DNA of 63,258 nucleotides, the filler included, from Perkinsus chesapeaki ATCC PRA-425 (taxonomy: Eukaryota; Protista; Perkinsozoa), in the NCBI GenBank assembly GCA_013115145.1. It is 5 parts of 5 records of this genome, joined end to end, with 100 filler letters (N's around TTAATTAATTAA, not from the genome) between each part and the next. Parts side by side here need not be neighbours in the genome. Positions count along the whole stretch, not along the records: positions 59,249 to 60,378 come from JAAPAO010002172.1; positions 60,479 to 63,258 come from JAAPAO010001525.1; 3 more parts are not named here. The stretch is one strand, 5' to 3'. Positions within the stretch are counted from its first letter, which is position 1; each line of letters starts with the position of its first letter. Below, piece by piece: positions 59,249 through 63,258 of this stretch. Both the position numbers and the translations under genes were made by a program. The notes beneath the pieces are model-generated. The model made no database searches. It was not told where the DNA came from and saw nothing but the letters and a program-made list of their open reading frames with translations.

Positions 59249-60378
59249 AGTAAGTGGAGAACTTGACGTAGTCGAATATGTTGCTTCTGCTTCTTGTGGG
59301 GAGTCAACAAGAGAACCTTGGGCGGGAGTTGCCCAAGTAGTATCAGTAGGTGAGGGCGTGGAACCATGTGTAGTTAACCTCTCTTCTGGTGGATCAGCTG
59401 GCGTATCATTGCTAGTAAAACTAGAGTTGTTCCTAGAGGGTGTAATATCAGTAGGTGTAGATGTAGATGTAGTCGTGCAGGGAACCCTCATATGTTGCAA
59501 GGCAGTACGATCTCTGGCTTGGGCTACTCTTATGGAATCATCAGGTTGAAGTGGAGTAGTGAGTTTCATACAGCGTAGCGTACCATCAGAATCTAGATAA
59601 GCGCGCTGAGAACGTCTATAGTAATGTAGTACAGCTTCTTGTAGTGCGTCAGCATGAGTGACATTCTTGAGCGCAAACGATTCAGACGCGCCATAAGCTG
59701 GTGGATACACAACAGTAGTCCTCTCACTATCAGTTTCAACTCCTCCGATACCTTCTAGTAGTATACCGTGCACAGCCTTAACCATGGAAGAACCTTGTAG
59801 TCGAACCACAGTATAAGGTCCATGCCAATGAGATCGCAAGTGGTTGCCAATAGCGGTGTCGGACCTCTTAGTAACGTAGATAAGCTCGAGAAATCGAGGC
59901 TCATAGTTGTTAGGATGGTCTTGTGCATACCGTCCAAGATGCTGTTGTTGTTTGATGCGCCACAGTTCCAAGTATTCTCCTAGTGTAGACTCAGCCTTCT
60001 CCCGTACTTCAGTAAGTAGTGGGACATTCTCCTGGATAAAGTCGACAACATTAGTAGATACGAACCGCATATTGAGAGTATCCCAATCAACAGAACTATC
60101 CATCTCTGGATGTAGTCCTGGAAGCCGACCGGAATATCCATAGTGAAGTTGGAAGGGAGTAGCATTAGCCCATAATCTAGGAGTGTGGTTGTAGGCGCGT
60201 ACCGCTACCATGTAGTCAGCAATATAGTTACCTTCCGGGGATGTAGTCGACGAATGAGGTCCTGTTATAGGTCTACTAGCTTGTAGTGCACGAGCCACTT
60301 CGACAAAGTCTTTGTGGGCACGTTCCCAGAACCCCAAATAGTAAGCATAGGAAGGTAGCATATAATGCTTCGTACCAT
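59249..60378 (-). mobile_element. Gypsy-like LTR retrotransposon pol C-terminus (integrase), own contig
   Basis: Open frame with PSY...GFWERAHK, AVRAYNHTP...TPFQLHYG..RLP, HWHGPYTVV. Confidence 0.8.
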
Positions 60379-60478
60379 NNNNNNNNNNNNNNNNNNNNNN
60401 NNNNNNNNNNNNNNNNNNNNNNTTAATTAATTAANNNNNNNNNNNNNNNNNNNNNNNNNNNNNNNNNNNNNNNNNNNN

Positions 60479-60550
60479 CATTCCCCTCAGTCATGCCCCA
60501 ATGGGATGAGATGTCATTCCCCTCAGTCATGCCCCAATGGGATGAGATGT
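60479..60550 (+). repeat. 36-bp tandem repeat x2 at contig edge
   Basis: cattcccctcagtcatgccccaatgggatgagatgt at 60479 and 60515. Confidence 0.9.
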
Positions 60551-62599
60551 CTCCATAGACCCCCGCCGCATAATTCCATCTGTTTATATGTTGGCCTCTC
60601 GTATCCATCGAGAGTTACTAACTCGACAAGTTTGCGGATTGGCCAGATAATCAAAAGGGGCCACTAACTGATTGGGGTCATTTGCGCCCTTACAGCTAAT
60701 ATAGCCAATCTATTTCTGCACGGTCACGACGATCGCGCGCCATCTGTCTACATTATATCCGATGAACTAGATAAGTAACGAAGCGCATTCTAAATATTGA
60801 CAAGGTGTAATCGCCTCGACATACCATGGCTTTGATTCTAGGCATTCCCTGACACTGCAATTGTTTCGCCGATAAGTGTGAAACGGCTTCCGAATCATCG
60901 AAGCCAAAAGGAAGCGGGAAAAACATTGGTGTCCAATTTGAGTCGATCAAGACTTGCAAATGGGTGTCGTGAAGCCTCTTTAATCTTAGTGATGTGGTAT
61001 TCAAATTTGTCACCCGCCTACGGAGAGTTCGATGCGTACGAGGAAGCCAATCCGTCAGAGAGATTGACTGTCACGCCCAAACTGACGAACACTGCACAAT
61101 CTCGAATGTTGTAGATATTTGACTTAAGATGCTCCATCAAAGTTTATAAGCTGATACCAAAGACAATCCTTTCGACTGATCATGGTGCTTAAAATATTAA
61201 ATATCTACAAGTACGAAGCTGCTAGCATGGAACATCTACCAACTAGTGAATAAAGAGTAAGGCGTCTCACTAAAACAAGCATGTGAAGACTATTTGTTGA
61301 ATCACATCGGATGAAGGCAAATAGAATACGGAAGACCGGCATCGTAGCATATCAAATGACCAGGGCAAGGTGCAAGTGTCTGAAGAAGGGAACGTACTAT
61401 TAGGTGAGAAACAACTTGGGAATTGTAACTGATCCCACTATAAATCCAATACATCGCCGTGATTGGCATTACCCCAACTTACCAATACACAAGGCAGGAA
61501 GCACCCGGTATCGATGCATACACGTTTCCAGTAGTATGCCGGATAAGCGGGGCACGAACCTCCGTTGCATTTAGGCAGGCACATCCCAGCACCAACCTTA
61601 CCATCAATCTGCGGTAACCATCGAATGCATTAGACGACGGTTATGTGTGATAATTACTATTCCAGCATATGCGACTTCGCTGTCAGGACAATTACAGTCG
61701 TAAATATCTTTCCCATCATAGCGACAAGTACCACTTGGTACACCATAAGGCTCATCTCCAACAATACCCAGCCCCCTAAGGGAAGCATTCGAGGTGTTAT
61801 GCCCTACAGGGTATCTGCATACATATTTCACGGTAAAATACAGAAGTGTTGGATTGCCAGTGTGGTTTCTTACATGTTACCAATTACAACGACGGATCCA
61901 GCTTCAATAAGAAAGGGAAAGAAAAGGGCGAAGGCTTTAAACTCCAACATGATATTGAAAATATTTCCTGACTTCTTGAGATTACTGCCACACTGTGGTA
62001 TTCTGAAGAGTTCCGTTCTTGTTCAGCGGCCAAGAAGAAGCACGTTCTCGTACGTAACCGTCGAAGGACGAGAGGCTCGTATAATTTTGGGAACCTAGGG
62101 TGACACACAAACCGCTTGGCGCGATCCGTGGAGCAATGGAGCTGGCAAGCGGAGACACTGATTGACTGGCTCACACTCCAGACTGCTACCTCGTCGTTCT
62201 GTAGAAACAACAGGCAACCATTCTTCACAGAATGGCTCTCGCAGAGGTGCTAGGGTGAGTAATTCCGGGCGCTGCCCCGTCTGAGGAAAATCAGTATCAC
62301 TCCACGACGAAGGAGATGCCTCTCGGTTGAAGGTGTCTTACGGTGAAGGATGGTGCAACACCCTTCTTAAGATTCTTGGGCTGAGCCATCAGGGATTGTG
62401 GCTTCACTATGACTCAACTGTGACAGAGCTTCAACAAAGAGGTCAGGCGCTCCCTGTTCATGTGTGAAATACAATTATCTATATCGACTATGGGAAGCGC
62501 TACGGAGCCTTGTCACTGTGAATCCCTATGACGTGTCACCGTGGCGCAGAAAACCGTCCACTCAGTGGACTCCACCGGGACTTCTCCTTCAAAAGTTCT

Positions 62600-63258
62600 G
62601 AACATGCTCACAGATTCTAAACAGAATACTGTATGTTTCACTATGGATTTCATCAAGTGTTATCGTTTACATAATGCCCTGGGTAGCAAGAAGGATTTTG
62701 GCCTGAGGTGGTCCATAGAGTTGATCAGCTCTAATAGACTCGATGGTTAGCGTCGCTAGAAAAAGAACACGTTTTGCCTCACAAAGCACACTGTTTTGGT
62801 TCAGTGCAACTACCATCGGCTATTTGCTCTTCCTATTTTCATTTGCGAGGGTTTCTTACTAGTATTAGTAATTAGTAGCACTATGCCGATCATCTAATAT
62901 CGTTAATGTTGCTACTTGTTATAGTTATAGTGTTGTTTAGCCGATGACGTATGTATTACGATGTCCGTGAAGACTTCAGACTTCGAAAGTAAACTACCAT
63001 TGATACAACAACAGTTAGATGGGGCGTCTGATTTCTTTCAAACATCGTCTATCAAACTTAATGCCACCAAGTCTGCTCTTGTCGTTTTCTCGACAAACTA
63101 TCATGTTAGAAACAAGGATGTTCAATTATATATTAGTGGTGATACTGTCCCCCGTGTTCACGATCAACGTATGCTTGGACTATACGTTGACGAGGCTATG
63201 ACTTATGCGAAACACTGTGATATGTGGCAGAAACGTGTTTATGCTCGTGTAAAGGTAC
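62600..63258 (+). mobile_element. Decayed LINE reverse transcriptase
   Basis: MDFIKCY (LD.SKAFD-like); frameshifted (Y)ADDVCI near 62940; KLNATKS...LYISGDTVP...MLGLYVDEAMTYAKH thumb region. Confidence 0.7.

Overview
Eukaryotic nuclear DNA with many short (~40-70 bp) GT-AG introns and the standard genetic code. Gene style (S8/S28 proteases, ABCA, nuclear ATP synthase alpha), intron style and NNN-TTAATTAATTAA-NNN contig linkers point to an alveolate protist, most likely Perkinsus (inference). By manual splicing I recover two tandem GNAT acetyltransferases, F1 ATP synthase alpha, two secreted orphan proteins, a subtilisin, TYW1, an S28 peptidase, a LOTUS-domain protein, a KH protein with a Gly/Trp-rich tail, a 14.3-kb ABCA gene with an intronic tRNA-Glu, tandem SLC37-like MFS transporters, two related small secreted Cys-rich peptides, and decayed LINE/Gypsy remnants. 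Best candidates for new biology: (1) adjacent KH-GW and LOTUS genes (possible RNA-granule/silencing module); (2) the defensin/toxin-like Cys-rich peptide family; (3) a secreted Cys-rich, possibly pore-forming protein clustered with secreted proteases; (4) the divergent GNAT pair. All exon structures are hand-predicted and no database search was run. Contiguity across the linker gaps is not guaranteed.
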